A stretch of 64,000 nucleotides of DNA from Eledone cirrhosa (Eukaryota): contig OZ024740.1 of the NCBI GenBank assembly GCA_964016885.1, positions 44,578,001 to 44,642,000 on the forward strand, written 5' to 3'. The notes beneath the pieces were generated by a model that worked only from the letters and a program-made list of their open reading frames with translations, was not told where the DNA came from and did no database searches. The translations under genes and the position numbers were made by a program. The first letter of the stretch is position 1, and each line of letters begins with the position of its first letter. This document shows, one piece after another, positions 20,259 through 33,276 of this stretch.

Positions 20259-22316
20259 ATGGCCGACACACAGCTGAACCAAGTAGCTGAGAGCCTTCCT
20301 CACAAAGTAACACCGCACACCGACACCGCCATTGTAAATATTACTACGTTTGCCAACACTAAAAATATAAGCAGTAGCAATATTTTTAATTTGTCTCAGG
20401 CAGACATTCATTTCCCACCATTACCAATGACTGCAGGTGTTGAAGCCGCCACCCCCACCACCACCACAGCGACAACAGAAACAAAAGAAAAAAATAAATT
20501 ATCTCGTGATATCGAAATGAATTCACCCAGAATGAACTCTTCCACACCGAACACCACTGACGCCACCACCACTACAACTGAAACTAAAATTAACAATAAC
20601 AAAAATAACGATAACAACAACAGCAACAATGAGAATAAGAAAACCCTGTCTTTTGCCAGAGTAGCAAAAAAGTGCGAAGCAATACAGGTAACTCAGGAGG
20701 AATTAAAAGAAGCCAAAAGAATGGTAAAGAAAGATGGGTACAAGGTCAGCCCCCCCCACACACACACACCTAATAAAATGGAACATCGGCGCCTATGCAC
20801 CGTGTCTTATCGGACGATTAACATAAAATCACGCCGAGTGGAACGGGCATCCGCGTCCCAAATCCAAAAAGCTTTGGGACATGTGTGGGCAAAAGAAACC
20901 CACATCAGACATATGGAACCGTGGACGTGTTCTTTGAAACACCACAGGAGGCCAGAGAACACTCCATGGCCCCATTAAGAAGTGACGACTTCACACTCGT
21001 CCCAAGCTATTGTGGCCAGAGACTCGTGAAGATCAGGGTGACCCATGTTCCACCGGCCATCGAAATTCCCTGGCTAATGGCTGCCGTCCTCGCCGGCATA
21101 GAGGCCAACACCAAGATAATCGAAATAGCGAAAGAAAAGCAGGAGAACTCGTCCGGATCTGGGATGGAGTTCCTGATCCAAGCGGACCAAAAAAGCATTG
21201 AGGAAATCCCAGAGGTAATAGACTTCACTGACGGCAGCCACCTCACCGTAATCGTCGAGGGCAGAAAATCTAGGTGTGTCGTTTGTGGTGAAGGAACCCA
21301 CCTAAGGGCTTTCTGCCCTCAGGCTAAAAGGTTGAGGCCACCTCTATTACCCACCCCAGTGACTCAAAGATCAACACCACCAGCAGTAGAAATGGCAGCA
21401 ACAACAGAAGCAACTGTAACAGCAACAACCCCCGCAACAGTAGCAAAACCAACACCACCACCACCCAGCGCGCCAGAACTAGCACCAGCGCCTACACCAT
21501 CCACCATGCCACAACCAAAACCAACACCTGTGGAGGATTTTCCACTCCCCGACCTATCGCAACTGGAGACAGATTGTGACGACAAGGAGTGGGAAACGGT
21601 ATCAGGAAAAAAGAAAAAAAAAGAAAAAGAAACCCAAAAAGAAAAAAATCCTCTTCCTTCCCCCTCCAAAAACAAAATACAGAGGGAAACAAATAAAGTA
21701 TCAAACAAAAAAGTTAGGACAGATATGCCACCATCCACACCAACATCACCAACCCCATCACCACAAACACCAAACACCATCACCATCATTAACCCCAACA
21801 CCATCATCACCAACACCACAAAAGTCACCAAAAAGCGAAACAGAAACAAACTGACAATAAACGCAACCAAAACAAAACAACCAAAACAAAACAACCAAAA
21901 CGATACACACTACACAGCATTAAATTTGAACAACGCCGAGGTTAACTTTGCCTTTCATCCTTACGGGGTCGATAAAATAAAGTACCAGTAATGCACTGGG
22001 TAATTGCTGGCCTTGTGCCTAAAGTAGAAACAATTAAATTTGAACAACAACCAATTATTACACTAGATCCAACACAACACCAGCATCACAGAAAAAGACT
22101 ACACAACAACCCAAAAGTTCACACCACCTCCACACATACAAATCACTCGAATCACACAGAAAACGTACACGACACTAAAACAAAAATTCCCCAAAGACAT
22201 CGGAGACTTCCGACAAGCACTCTCCAGGAGGATTTATAAAGACATCCTTCCGGAGGAGGCCACGAGCAGTGAAAAGGATGGAGAAACCATCCTTCCTCTA
22301 CGAGAAGTAAGGTAAG
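20259..22316 (+). pseudogene. Disrupted ORF1 of Tx1 copy 2 (frameshift at ~20900, SINE insertion at 21935-22032)
   Basis: SFARVAK, CTVSYRTI..KSRRVERA, LVPSYCGQ and CVVCGEGTHLRAFC are homologous to copy-1 ORF1. Confidence 0.85.
21935..22032 (+). mobile_element. 5'-truncated Nin/Deu-core SINE with 16-bp target-site duplication
   Basis: attaaatttgaacaac at 21919-21934 and 22033-22048; core gcctttcatccttacggggtcgataaaataaagtaccag. Confidence 0.9.
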
Positions 22317-22347
22317 TGGTCTTTCCCATCTTTTCCACTCCATTTCA

Positions 22348-25300
22348 ACGACCTCACTCAGAATAGGCAGCATAAATGCGCGTGGCTTGGGGTCGTCATG
22401 GAAGCAGGGCCACCTGCTCAACGACCTCAGGTCACTAAACATAGATGTAGTGGCCATCAGCGAGATCAGAATCTCCGAAGCACGGGCCTTCGCACCGATC
22501 TTCGGCGGCTACGATGTGTACGCATCTCCCAGCCGTCCTGGATCTGGGGGAGGAGTTGCTGTGCTTTTTCGGAGAGGTTTGGATCTCGCCATACGGGCCA
22601 TCTTCCTGGACACAGAAGTTAAGTTGGTGGTGCTGGACGTGACCAGCGGAGACGGGCAAGCTTTCAGGCTAGTGGCCGTCTATGCCCCGACAGGAGCAGG
22701 GCGGCCTGATTTCTTCTGGCGTCTGGAGACCTTTCTTGGAACGTTCCGCTCTTTAGTGTTAGTGGGCGACTGGAACGGGATCTTAGATGCACGCTGGTAC
22801 TGTGTGGGATTAGCGGATATGGGAGGAGGGTGCAAGAGCCTCACCAACCTGCTCAGGCGTTTTGAACTGTCTGACAGGTACCGATTGGATTTCCCGAATG
22901 TGCTAATGTGGACTTGGACAAATCGCATAGGGTCATCCAGATCATATCTAGATAGAGTATTTTGTAGGGAAATAGATAGGTCTAGCATAGGCTGTCCACA
23001 ATTCAAGATAGTCAGCTACACAGACCACAAATTCGTGATCTGTGTGCTTGACTTAGATAGGCTTCATAGACGAGGACCCGGCTACTGGAAGCTAAACGCG
23101 TCCTTACCAGCGCGCAAGGCCTACAGAGACCGGATTAGCGAACTAGTTAAGCGGGCGTTGACGGGGGCCATCGTCAACAACAAGTGGTGGTTTGCTCTGA
23201 AAAGAGCGATTAGAATAGAGTCCATTAGGCTTAGTAAGGTATTAGCAATAGAGAAAAATAGAGCAGAGGGAGAACTAGTTAGAAAATTAGACGAGGCGCT
23301 TAGCAAAGGCATCGCGACCGACGTACTTGCGGCGAAATTGGCCCTTGACCAATTCTTCAATGCAAAGCACGAAGGCTGCGTTGTCAGAGCTAGGGTGCGT
23401 GCTCTCAGACACGAGGGGACAAAAGCCGTTCAATGGGCCCGAGTGGCGGAGGCGCGTCGTGGCAACAAAGCCACGATCCGGTATTTGGTGGACCACGACG
23501 GGCACATGCTACTCGATCCCGGGCAAATGTGTGAAGCTTTTCAGCAACACTTCGCACAGCTGTTCGGGGGAAGCGGCGGACCGGATCGAGGGATGGACTT
23601 TAGTGTCTACCTCGACGGACTGCCGCGGCTCTCGGTCACTGAGGCGGAGTGTTGCGAAAAGCCGATAACAGCCGCTGAAGTACGGGAGGCATTGACTGGC
23701 TGCACAAGGGGTAAATCGCCTGGTTTGGATGGTCTGCCCTATGAACTTTACGTACAGATGCCAGACTTGTTCGGAGGCCTCTTGGCGGACGTTTACTGCA
23801 ACTTGCAACAGAACGAGAGAGTTCCCAGCTCTGTGAGCCGAGGAGCTGTGGCGCTGCTGAGAAAGAATCCGAACAAGGGGGATAACAAAGATAATTTCAG
23901 GCCCATAACTCTGCTAAACACAGAGTTCAAGATTTTGGCCAAGGTGCTAGCAAAGAGGTTGGCGCTTGTCGTTGGTGGTCTGGTGGGAGAGGCGCAGACA
24001 TGCGCCATTCCCGACAGATCCATCCACGACAACCTCCACCTCATGCGATACATCGTAGAGAGGGTAGCTAGGGAACCTGGCACGGGTGGGTCCTTGATCA
24101 ATTTAGATCAGTCGAAAGCTTTCGATAGGATCGACCATCGTTACCTAGCGGCAGTCCTGAGGGCGGCTGGCTTTGGGCCCGTCTTCAAAGGCTGGATCGT
24201 TGCCATGCACAGCGACATCTGCTCTGTGGTGAGAGTGAACGGTCACCTTTCGGAACCGTTCAACATCATGCGCTCTGTCCGCCAAGGATGTTCCCTCTCG
24301 TCCCTCTTGTACGTATTGACTCTCGAGCCATTACTGCACAAACTGGAGACGTTGAGGGGGATCCCGCGCGAACTAGGATGCGGAAGATCCGTGTCAGCAT
24401 ATGCGGACTATGTCACCGTAGTGTTGTCGAACGCTAAACACATTGAGGCGACCGGCACTACACTAAGAGAATACGAAGCGGTGACAGGAGCAATGATCAA
24501 CCAGGAAAAGTCAGTGGGCCTGCAGCTCGGCACCTGGAGTGGCAGGTCCATGCCGTCCAACAGTGTCGTCGGGCGCTGGACGGACGGACTGGTTAAATTG
24601 CTAGGGGTCTGGTTCGATCCGGACCTCCAGACGGACAAAAACTGGGACGAGGTGACGAGCAGGGTGGCTTCTCTCACCCAGAAATGGGCGGAGAGGAAGC
24701 TATACCTGAAAGGTCGAGCGGAGGCGGCTAACGCGTACATTGCGTCCGTCATCTACTAACGCCTGACCGTCGTACCTTGTCCTAAGCCTCGCCTGACTGC
24801 GCTGGAGGGTTTGCTCTTTCGCTTTTTGTGGAAGGGACGCGCTCCGATGGTCAGGCGGTCCATCTGCTGTCAACACCCGCTACGTGAAGGGCTGGGAATG
24901 CGCAGGCACGCGCTCAGGCTACGACATCTCCACCTCTTCCTCGACGGTGATCAGGTGTGGTCACCGTTTGCTAGACGCGTCTTTCCCCAGCTCGTCTCCT
25001 TGACGGAGCTGCAGTCCTGGGTCAAGCGAAGACCGAGAGGGAGCGCTTGGAGACTGGAATGTCTTCAGGCGCTCACAGCCCTCGACCAATCGGGCAATGT
25101 GATCGGTGGAAACTCCACCTTGGCGTTCTATAGAGGATTAGTGGAGGGGAAGAGCGACGACGTACTTGGAGAAACTCTAGGCGTCGACGAAAATCAACTA
25201 GCCAATCTCTTCGGAAGAACTTTCGGGCCGGGGCCTATGGACAACTTCCAGAAATCCCTGGCCTGGCAGTGCTACCGAGGAGCTTTGCCAGTTCGGGATA

Positions 25301-25737
25301 AACTCTACAGGCATGGAGGTGCCGTCAGCCGGGCATGTCCGAGATGCGCACAGGGCGACGAAACCGTCCTGCACGCACTCGTCCAGTGTCCGAGCATTGC
25401 TGACTTGTGGGTTTATGTCGAACACCTGCTGTCACGTGTAGGACGGATCCAGCTATCAGCTGAGTCCATCGTGAGGATTGCCCCGCCCTCTTCCTTTAGC
25501 CGGGAAGGGCAGGCAGTTTTTATCTGTCTGGTGGCCATGGCGAAAGCGATAGTAAGGTGGACACGTTTGAATGGGCTGAAGACGAGCACTTACCTCTTCG
25601 GTGATGCGCTGATTAACTTTTTCAAATTTCATTTGAAAAGGAAAATCAGGGTAGAGAGGGAGATGCTCTCTTCCCAGCATTTTGTTGAAAGATGGGTGAG
25701 AGAAGCAAGAATGACCCGAGTGAGTATGTGTCTGTAA
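22348..25737 (+). pseudogene. Disrupted ORF2 of Tx1 copy 2
   Basis: Start ATG lost (caacgacc vs caacatgacc), YADD changed to YADY, stop at 24757-24759, 15-bp deletion at ~24897, deletion near the C-terminus. Confidence 0.9.
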
Positions 25738-25986
25738 ATTAAAGGTGGAAAAATGGGAGAGGGCACTTGCCCTGGTGGTCAGGGTCACTGTGGCCTTTTA
25801 ATGGGCTTATTCCACAAATGTCCTCGGAAGTCTCCCCCCTATTGGGGAATTTTTCATTGTTATTTTTTTGTTACATCCTCTGTTTTTGTTTTTTACACGC
25901 AGAAATGCCCACTTGTACCGTCCTGTATTGTCCTGTACTGTCCTTAATGTCTACTTTATGTAAACCCTTGTGGTTAATAAAGAAAA

Positions 25987-26019
<33 letters not shown>

Positions 26020-26639
26020 ATAAAGAAAGTATTATTATTATTGTTGTTGTTATTATTATTGTCGTTATGTTTTTTTTTTGTGTTTTTTTTTTTCGTGCAA
26101 TGGTCATTCTCGATAACGAGGGGGCAGCCATTATGTATATATGTATGTATATATGTACGTATGCATGTATGTATGTGTATGTGTGTGTATGTATGTGTGT
26201 GTGCATATGTGTGTATGTGTATGTGTGTGTGTGTGTTTGTGTATGTATGTATGTATATATATATGTATGTATCTAAAAAAATGTCTAAAGTCTGTCTAGA
26301 ACCTGGAGGCTCATCAGGGCAGTGCCTATCCTGGTTTTTGATGTGTGAAGTGACTGAGTGTACAAGACTCCTCACTAGACAAGATGCCAGTCATTCACAG
26401 GTTTAAACCCCAGCTATTTCTGGGAGTCAGTTTTAGGTGAGTATACTGGAGTAAAGTGAAATGAAGTGTCTTGTTCAAGAACACGGTGCACAATCAAGTC
26501 CATAAATCGAAACCATGACATTATGATCATAAGTCTAACACCCTTACCGCAAGCCGATGTGCTTCCACTGTATGTATGTATATATGTATATGTGTGTTTG
26601 TATATATATATATATGTATATATTATGTATGTATACATC

Positions 26640-27133
26640 TATATGTGAAGTCGTTCTTCAGCACTACTGGTAACATGTAAACCAATAGAATCTGTGCAGG
26701 GTCGGGTCGTTGATGACTAAACCGGCAACCCCACCAAGCTTGCTTGGTGAGGAGGGTGATATTGCACATCCTGGTAGTATGAAAAACAAAACCTGTTAAA
26801 GGGCGGAGAAACTGAAGGGAGTAAATGGCCATCCAATAAAGTATTCATTAAGACATCTCTCTAGGAGAAGGTCATGCTGATATAAAACCTATGACTCTGC
26901 TTGCATCCAATGATGTAGACCAGTTCTTCTTTTGGGTAAATGCATTCAATGTTCAGAGAGTATGATTGGCCCCTTGCAAAGCCTTTCCTCAAGCACAGGC
27001 ATCACTTGATATGTGACATTTTCTGCTATGCATGACATTGCTGGCGATAGGTAGGTCCCTAGCAAGAATAGGAAGCCATGTCCATGATGCTCATGCTTAA
27101 ATATCAAGCAATTGTATTACTCGAAATCGAGGT
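26640..27133. mobile_element. Unclassified ~500-bp dispersed repeat flanked by (TATG)n
   Basis: ctactggtaacatgta, gactaaac.ggcaaccccaccaag, ctaggagaagg and tactcgaaa are shared with 28452-29058. Confidence 0.65.
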
Positions 27134-28155
27134 GTGTATGTATGTATGTATGTACACATTTATGTATATATGTATGTACACATTTATGTATGTATGCACG
27201 TATGTATGTGTGAATGTATTTATATACATGCATGTATGCATGTATCTTTGGTTGTTGTTTCTAGTAGATCAACTGATCATGTTTATATGATAAATCTACG
27301 ACTCATTTGTGTTAATATATTTTTCCATATGAACGTGGATCTTGCACAAGGTTGCTGAACCTCTAAGAAATAGCCCTTAAATCACACTCTGAATAATGTA
27401 AGCTTAGATATACACTTAAACTGACTGGGTGGTCATGGCCAATATGACTCTGATCAGAGACACTCCGACCATGTTAAGAGATGATGATGATGATGATGAT
27501 GATGATTCTAGCTTGTCAGAATTGGTAGAGCCCTAGACAAATGTCTGGCATCGTTCAACTTGTTACTTTCTTTATCATTTATTCTACTGGAAATGATATG
27601 CTAGTGAAGCAGTAAGGTGAAAATAATTAACTATACCCTCACCTAAATATTGTAACCTGGTACTCATAATAGAAATGATTATTTATCATCATCATCATCA
27701 TCATTATCATATCTTTACATCCACTTTTCATGCTGGCATGGGTTAAATAGGTTGTCACAGTCTGAATCAGTTTTTATTTGAAGTCACTGTTCTTCTAAAA
27801 GGCCAGCAATTTTGGGGAAGGTGAAAGTTGATTATATCAACCTCAATCCTTTACTGGTACTTTATTTTATCGACCCTGGAAGGATGAAAAGCAATGTTGA
27901 CCTCAATAGAATTTGAACTCAGAATGTAATTAGCCCAAACACAAACTGCAATACGTTTGTCCAATAATTTAACAACTCCACCAATCCACCGCCCTAGATG
28001 AGTTAAATAAGCTGAAGTATTCTCTGAATGTTTGATGGATAAATATCAAAAGATATTTGTTATCCGATTCCAAAATGGTAAATATTTCAATATGTATTAT
28101 ATATAAAACATGTATATTATTTTCATATTCATATTTTCATAAGTCATCTTTCTTA

Positions 28156-28236
<81 letters not shown>

Positions 28237-28423
28237 TCAGTCATGCTTTCCTCAGCTTTCACCCTTTACTATTTATTGCAATGCATAAACTCATATTCCA
28301 AAAATACACATCATAAAGTTTACCTTTGGTATAACTGTTCTCTTTGCTGCTAAAAGTAAATACTTTTTTAGTTTCTTCATATCATAAACTGTATGTATGT
28401 ATGTATGTATGTATGTATGTATG

Positions 28424-28451
<28 letters not shown>

Positions 28452-28454
<3 letters not shown>

Positions 28455-29058
28455 GGTCACCAGTTGGTGCTACTGGTAACATGTATCCCAGTACAACCTG
28501 TCTCATGGTCGAGTCGTTGGCGACTAAACTGGCAACCCCACCAAGGTTTCTTGGTGAAGAGGGTGACTTTGGACATCCTGCAGGACTAAAGACAAAACCT
28601 GTCAAAGGGCAAAGGAGCTCTTAAGAGTCAATGGCCATCCAAAATCACCGGGAGAGATGACCCCTTAGCCTTTGTCAAGGCAGAATTCTAGGAGAAGGAA
28701 AACTATGATATAACACCTGCAACCCTGATGGTATCCAATGATGTTGACTTGTTCTTCTTTTTGGTAAATATCATTTTGGTTAAGAGAGTGGGACTGGCTT
28801 TGTGCAGTGCCTTTGCTCACTATAAAAGCTTCACGGCACAGGCATTGCTTTAGATCTGGAGATCTCTCTGCACTTGTCATCACATTGTGCCATGGGCCCA
28901 GCACTATGTCAATAATTGTCACAAGTGTAGTGTTTGTACCAGAGTTTTCAAGTCGCTGGCTGGACTGAAAAGTCACACTCATTCAGCGCATCGGTAGGGG
29001 TTCTCCTACATGGATATAAAGTAGTGGCCGTACTCGAAAACGAGTTGGCAGCCACCAT
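28452..29058. mobile_element. Second copy of the (TATG)n-flanked dispersed repeat
   Basis: Same motifs as 26640-27133; (GTAT)n at 28391-28452 and (ATGT)n at 29058-29086. Confidence 0.65.
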
Positions 29059-29339
29059 GTATGTATGTATGTATGTATGTATGTATATGTAAAAAACTGA
29101 AGCAATCTTTTTATTAATGCTTTCATCTCTGTTGTCAAATTAAAGAAAAATTATGTGAATTCTGACAACTACATGATATATATATTTTAACTCTTTTTAT
29201 AGCAAAACAGCTGAAACTACCCCTAGTTCTATGATAATAAACTGTTTATTTTAAAATATTTATATTTATCTAAAATCCTTCCATCATAATTCTATGAAAG
29301 AAATTTTATTAAGTTATGCTCCAAATACCAACTTAATAA

Positions 29340-29572
29340 TTGTTTCTACATTTAGCACAAGGCTAGCAATTTGAAGGAGATAGGAAAGTTGATTAAATGG
29401 TCCCCTATTGCGTTACTAGTACTTTATTTTATCAACCGCGAAAGAGTGACAGGCAAACCTGAAATCAACTGGCTTTGAACTCAGAACATAAGGAATATAA
29501 CTATATGCCATAAAGCATGGTATCCGAGGTTTTACTGATACTGTCAATCTACTGCCCTTATTTGCCACCTTG
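29340..29572 (-). mobile_element. Degenerate Nin/Deu-core SINE inserted in a MITE-like element
   Basis: tgtttctac..gcacaaggc.agcaat, tactttattttatc and tttgaactcaga motifs; taataat on both sides. Confidence 0.6.
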
Positions 29573-30759
29573 CTAATAATGTCCAAATGTTCAAATCTAC
29601 CAAACCATTTAATCTTCTCTATAAAATGATATCAGGTTTGTTTTGAGAAATACAAGCTGAAAATACAGAAGTGAAAACTAGAGTTGTGTAAATGACAGTT
29701 ACACTTTTACATGATTTTGGTTTGTTTGCAAATAGGAACATAGTCCATTTGTGAAGACATATAAGAAGAAAAACTGAATACATGAGCCAGTGTGTATTTT
29801 TCAAAAGATAGGAAATGAAGTGTCATAATAATGATGAACAGAGCTTTCCTTTGAATAATAATATTTGTAATAATGATTTCTGATTTAAATACAAGTCCAG
29901 ATATTTGGTGGGAGGGGGTGAGCAAATTTGATTATATCAGGCTCCAATACTTGATTAATACTTTATCTTATTGACCTAGGAAGGATGGAAGCAGTATTTG
30001 AACTCAGATCATAAAGGACCATATGTAAATGGGTAATAGTTATGATATGCTAACAAAAGTCACCTCTTCCCCTTCCTCACTCATCTCCTTGTCAAATCAC
30101 TTACACCACAGTTGCCATAACTTATCTCCCTTCTCCTATAGCTCCCACTCAAACCCACTGAGCAGAGAGGGCTCTTCTGTTGAGACAAAGATCAACAACC
30201 TCTCCAGTGTTGGTGATCTACATGATAAATGCACCAAGTACATGCTGTAAAGTTGTTGGTGATAGGAAAGGCATTCAGCCATAGAAAGCTTGACAAACAA
30301 AAGGGTTCGGAGGACAATTCAATTGTGTCAAAGGCGTAACAACCTCTTTTGTGCACTCAGTAGAAAATGAGACTGTATGTATATGAGATACAGAATTCCA
30401 GCCTCTTTGGGTAGTCAGTAGCTCCACTTCAGTGCTGACTTGGTCTATAAAGACCCATCTAACTCTTGCTAGAAGGGAAAGTGGACATTAAATGATGATG
30501 ATGATAGAAACATTACCTGAAGATATAAAATATAAACCTTTTGTTAACAAACCTCATGAAACCCTACTATTTTCTACAATACAAATTTGTATATTTAAAT
30601 GTATTTATATGAATTTAAAAATATTCATCAAGAAGATTAATAATGAGAAAGTTAGTTATATTACTAAATCCCATCAAAATTATTTGAAAATAATGGTTTT
30701 GATTTAGGCACAAGGCCAACAATTTTGGGTGAGGGGGAATTGATTCGATCAACCACAGA

Positions 30760-31245
30760 ATGAAAATTATTGTGTACAGTGCTCAAGTGCACTATAACTC
30801 ATCAAAGGTGCATGTATAGTACATTGAATAATGTACAAATGTCAGGAAAGTGAACAGTGTATGAGTCATAATATACACAAACATACATGCATGTGTGCAT
30901 ATGGAGGGGGTATATCAGGTGTAGTGTTAGCTAATTTTGGGAAGCATGGAAGTTTTGAAGGACGCAGTGTCCCGACAGCTAACAAATGATGCAGATAGTC
31001 TGTTCTGTGCTTCAGCAATCTAAGCATGAAAAAATGTTTCTGAAAGTCATGGGAAGTGTACCGTTTTCTGATTTTGTAAACATGTCCATGAGTATTAGAC
31101 ATATGGAGTTCAAAAATGTGCTCAGGGTTGTTGTTGGAAAGATGGTTAATAATCTTGTGGGTGTCTACTAAATCAGTTGTCAGACATCAGAGCTTCAATG
31201 CATTCAGGCCCAGGAAAGCAAGGCATTCAGAGTATGGTAGATGCC
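30760..31245 (-). mobile_element. 3' fragment of the same CR1-type family as 2590-3563
   Basis: Reverse complement of the 3' UTR (ttgtagtgcacctgagcact..acacaataattt) and SHDFQKHFF peptide. Confidence 0.8.
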
Positions 31246-31752
31246 TATGAGGCATGATGTATTGGCCAAAACACTATACAATGCAATCCGTAGAAAAGAT
31301 AATCCTGACAATAAACATATTAAAAGTAACAGCAATGTGGAAGTCATGCACATAATATGAAAGAGTACTGGTGGAATGTTCCAGTGAAAACCCCAATAAA
31401 ATGTAAGCATAACAGACCAGATATTATGATATGGGACAGGGAAAAGAAAGCATGCACAGTAGTGGACATTAACTATCCAGCAGATGCCAATATAATATCA
31501 AAGATTAGCAAAAAGGAGAATGTCTATGCAGAATTAATGAGGAATCTGCAGATACTCCACCCTGACTATACCTTCAGATTTATACCTGTGATTATTGGGG
31601 CACTGAGATATGTTAGTAACTGCCTCAGTACAAATCTAGGGGAGCTGGGCTTCACAGGAACAGAAAGAACACAACTAGTTAGGAAATTACAAGTACAATC
31701 CATTAATGGAACAGTATAAATATGTAAAACATTCCAAAAATTCTGTATGTAA
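31246..31752 (+). mobile_element. 3' RLE fragment of a third R4/NeSL-type element
   Basis: RHDVLAK, WWN, HNRPDIMIWD...D..YP, FIPVIIGAL. Confidence 0.75.
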
Positions 31753-33049
31753 TAACTGTATGTACACATGTACAGATACAAAACATATGCACATGCACAC
31801 ATATAACTCAAAACAAACATCCATACATACAATAACATCCATACCTGCACACACACACACACACACACATGCAGACATGCAGACATATCTATCTAGAGTC
31901 TTGTATCTATGTTAGAAACCAACTCTCTCTATTGGTACAAATTTATAAAATTATAAAACCAGAAGAACATACATGCACACATACATACAATCAACAGTCT
32001 TATTTATATACTTACATACAAAGGCAAAGCTAACCTTTGAACTAATGTAAAGGATTGTAACTCTATGCTGCTAAGCAAGGTGTCCAATGCTCTACTGATC
32101 CAATCAACCATCCTTGGAAGTATATAATATAATGATATCAATGCTAAAGACACTGTCTTCAAGATAGTGTGTTCACACTAATATAAATTGAAAACAAAAT
32201 AGTCTGTCCCAAGTCCAGAGACTCATGAAGCTGGTGTTTATCCTGATTTCATTGCTGTTAAGTAACTGAGAGTACAAGACTTCTCAGCCTGGATAATATT
32301 AGTCTCTTACAGAGTCAGCCTCCTGTTGCTAGTAGACATTTTTTCCAGCTACCTGAACTAGAACAACATGAAATAAAGTGTCTTACTCAACTACCTAACT
32401 TGATACACAGTCCAAGAATCGAACATACACCTTTACAAACATGAGCCTAATATCCTATCCACTAGGTTACATACCTCACACATACCTCACATCATACTTA
32501 AAATGAAGTTAAGATAGCTCTCACTCAAGTTCTGAGATATTCACCATTTAAATTTTATGTGTAAGTATGCAAAGAAAATAGGGAAATAAACACTAGAATC
32601 AACTTTAAATGTAAAACTTTGCCACATATAACAAATCAAAAATAACATAATTTTAAAAAGATGAAGTAGTTAATATTATTATCTTTGTCGAGAAATTTCT
32701 AGAAATTACATGCTTAAATGCAAATCAGAAAGATTGTACACCCACACTGTCTGAAGATAATTGAAAGCTTTACAGTATTTACTAAATAGCAATTACGTCT
32801 AATGAAAATATTCTCATAAGATATAGGATTAAAGTATGGTCAAAATAAATATTAGTCTATACGAAACTAGACAACAAACACTACTGTTTACACATCTAGC
32901 AATTTGATGTATTTTTTATGTTATGTTCTCGTGGTAATTTTAAAGCCATTATAATGTTAAATAAATAAATAAACAATAAATAAAGAAATCATTATAATAT
33001 TGTGTGTGAGTTAAGTGGAGAAGAGTATATAGCTTTTGAGCAATTTTAA

Positions 33050-33276
33050 CCCTTCTGTTACCATATTTTAATGAAATATACTGCAAATGTATTTAAAATT
33101 ATTTTGAAAACAATCAAAATGTTTGGAGAATTTAGTAAAATGACTAACTTTTCATTATTTTGAACATTATTTAAATTTTTTTTTTACATAAAATCATGAT
33201 GGAAAGTTTTGATATAAGTATAACTACTTTTAAATTGAACAATTTTATATCAAAATGGTTAAGTGTTGCAAAAGGG
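33050..33276. mobile_element. piggyBac-like MITE with TTAA flanks
   Basis: TTAA|CCCTTCTG (33046-) ... CAAAAGGG|TTAA (-33280); AT-rich interior, no ORF. Confidence 0.6.

Larger units (their letters stand above)
20043..25987 (+). mobile_element. Second, decaying L1/Tx1-type LINE (copy 2), head-to-tail with copy 1
   Basis: Divergent ORF1, near-identical ORF2 and 3' UTR, AATAAA at 25976-25981, (ATT)n at 20001-20042 and 25988-26017. Confidence 0.92.

Noticed and set aside
14194-25788. Numerous antisense and alternate-frame ORFs over the Tx1 elements
   Set aside because: These are shadow ORFs of GC-rich or low-complexity coding sequence with no recognisable motifs; their duplication simply follows ORF2 identity
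25767-28624. Short ORFs rich in YI/MYVC/HTHT/L runs
   Set aside because: They are translations of (TA)n, (TATG)n, (CA)n and (ATT)n microsatellites
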